64,000 bases of DNA, taken from an uncultured delta proteobacterium (GTDB taxonomy: Bacteria; Desulfobacterota; Binatia; UBA9968). The translations under genes and the position numbers were made by a program. The DNA lies in the NCBI GenBank assembly GCA_963840855.1, contig CAWJBB010000030.1:160001-224000 (forward strand), in the 5' to 3' direction. Shown piece after piece: positions 62,781 to 64,000 of the stretch. The notes beneath the pieces are model-generated. The model made no database searches and had not been told where the DNA came from. It saw only the letters and a program-made list of their open reading frames with translations. Position 1 is the first letter of the stretch. Each line of letters begins with the position of its first letter.

Positions 62781-63641
62781 ATGACCGGCTGGGCGCTCAC
62801 GCTAATTCTCGCCGCCGCCTTCATCCACGCGGGTTGGAATTTTCTCGCCAAGTGCGCCAGCGGACACGCCACGTTTACCTGGCTCTTCGCGGTTTTGTCC
62901 GCGTTGTTTTATGCGCCGGTGGCCGGCGCCGTGATATTTTTGTGGGGCGCGCCGATCGGTTGGGTGGAAATCGGGTTTATGGCCGGCAGCGCGGCGTTGC
63001 ACACGGCTTACTTCGTCTTGCTCAATCAGGGCTACCGCACCGGCGATTTGTCCTTGGTCTATCCGCTGGCGCGAGGCACCGGGCCGCTGCTCTCCACTGT
63101 CGCGGCAATCGTGTTTCTCGGTGAACGCCCGACAGTCGTGGCATTGTTGGGAGCGCTGTTGGTGATCGCCGGCGTCGCTGTGCTGACGAGCAACCCGGAG
63201 CAACTCCGTCGCGCGGGAGCGCGCATGGCGGTTCAGTATGCTCTGGTGACCGGCGCATTCATCGCGGCTTACACGCTCTGGGATAAACAGGCGGTGAGCC
63301 GGTTTGCCTTATCGCCGATCCTGCTCGATTGGGGCGCGAATGCCGGCCGCGCGCTCCTGCTTACGCCGTTCGCGCTGCGCCACTGGAACGAAACGCGCCT
63401 CGAATGGCAAACCCATCGGCGCGAGGCCGCCGGCGTCGCGCTACTGGCGCCGCTTTCGTATATTCTGGTCTTAACGGCATTGGCATTTACGCCGGTGAGC
63501 TACGTCGCGCCGGCGCGGGAGATCAGTATTCTGATCGGCACGGCGATGGGCGCCCGCTTGCTGTCGGAAGGTGACGCCGGTCGCCGTTTGCTTGGCGCGG
63601 GAGCGATGGTGGTGGGTGTTATCGGACTGGCGCTAGGATAA
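62781..63641 (+). CDS. EamA/DMT family transporter
   Basis: AAFIHAGWN..AK; GDLSLVYPLARG; AYTLWDK; VAPAREISI. Confidence 0.9.
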   Translation: MTGWALTLILAAAFIHAGWNFLAKCASGHATFTWLFAVLSALFYAPVAGAVIFLWGAPIGWVEIGFMAGSAALHTAYFVLLNQGYRTGDLSLVYPLARGTGPLLSTVAAIVFLGERPTVVALLGALLVIAGVAVLTSNPEQLRRAGARMAVQYALVTGAFIAAYTLWDKQAVSRFALSPILLDWGANAGRALLLTPFALRHWNETRLEWQTHRREAAGVALLAPLSYILVLTALAFTPVSYVAPAREISILIGTAMGARLLSEGDAGRRLLGAGAMVVGVIGLALG

Positions 63642-63894
63642 GATAGTTCAAATCGTTCCAGCCGTTCAAAACGTTCAAGTCGTCAGACTTGGTCCCTCGG
63701 GATTGGTTCAAGCGGCAGAGAGAATTCCGTCATGCCCGTCCCGATAATCAGTCGAGGGCCGGCTACGGCGGGCATCCAGGCCAATTGGATGGAAACAAGC
63801 ACAAGAAAGTCTGGATTCCCGCTTCCGCGGGAATGACTGATTACGGACAAGTCTTATCCGACGTCTTGAAAAATGAGCGCTCATTTAACTAGAC

Positions 63895-64000
63895 ATGATT
63901 AAAGACGATTCGTTCAAAGATTTTGTTCTGGATCAGTTGCGCGATCTGGACGATGTCGAGGCGCGGCGCATGTTCGGCGGCTACGGGCTTTATCAGGACG
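63895..64000 (+). CDS. TfoX/Sxy N-terminal domain protein (partial)
   Basis: [10 protein letters not shown]......[11 protein letters not shown]. Confidence 0.85.
   Translation, partial: MIKDDSFKDFVLDQLRDLDDVEARRMFGGYGLYQD

Overview
Bacterial, GC-rich chromosomal window. The many Amidohydro_2, TctC/Bug and GrdB-like genes and the repeat families suggest a Candidatus Binatia/Binatota-like metagenome bin (inference only). Scattered single-base indels look like long-read errors and are densest at ~14.8-19.0 kb. From left to right: ornithine cyclodeaminase-like and solute-binding genes; a Phd-ParE toxin-antitoxin (TA) module; an IS66 DDE transposase fused to a Cas4-like/TM0106 nuclease and a DEDD exonuclease; an AT-richer island with an integron attC site and RAYT remnants; an AbrB-VapC TA module; a LeuC/LeuD/LeuA-like cluster; an orphan GrdE/GrdB selenoprotein pair; two ECF sigma factors and three anti-sigma factors divergent from a cupredoxin/His-rich lipoprotein/DUF4331/TPR/NiCoT-like operon; bacterial topoisomerase VI; FtsH; a Tat-less reductive-dehalogenase-like gene with a ferredoxin; an FhlA-like sigma54 activator, ada-ogt and a sigma54 small-protein operon; then cytochrome c peroxidase and other metabolic genes. 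The most striking observation is the aconitase-family LeuC homologue, in which all three Fe-S cysteine ligands are replaced by Asp/Glu/Glu and the LeuD catalytic loop is rewritten. This suggests an Fe-S-independent, carboxylate-metal enzyme. Both TA toxins are interrupted only by in-frame TAG codons.
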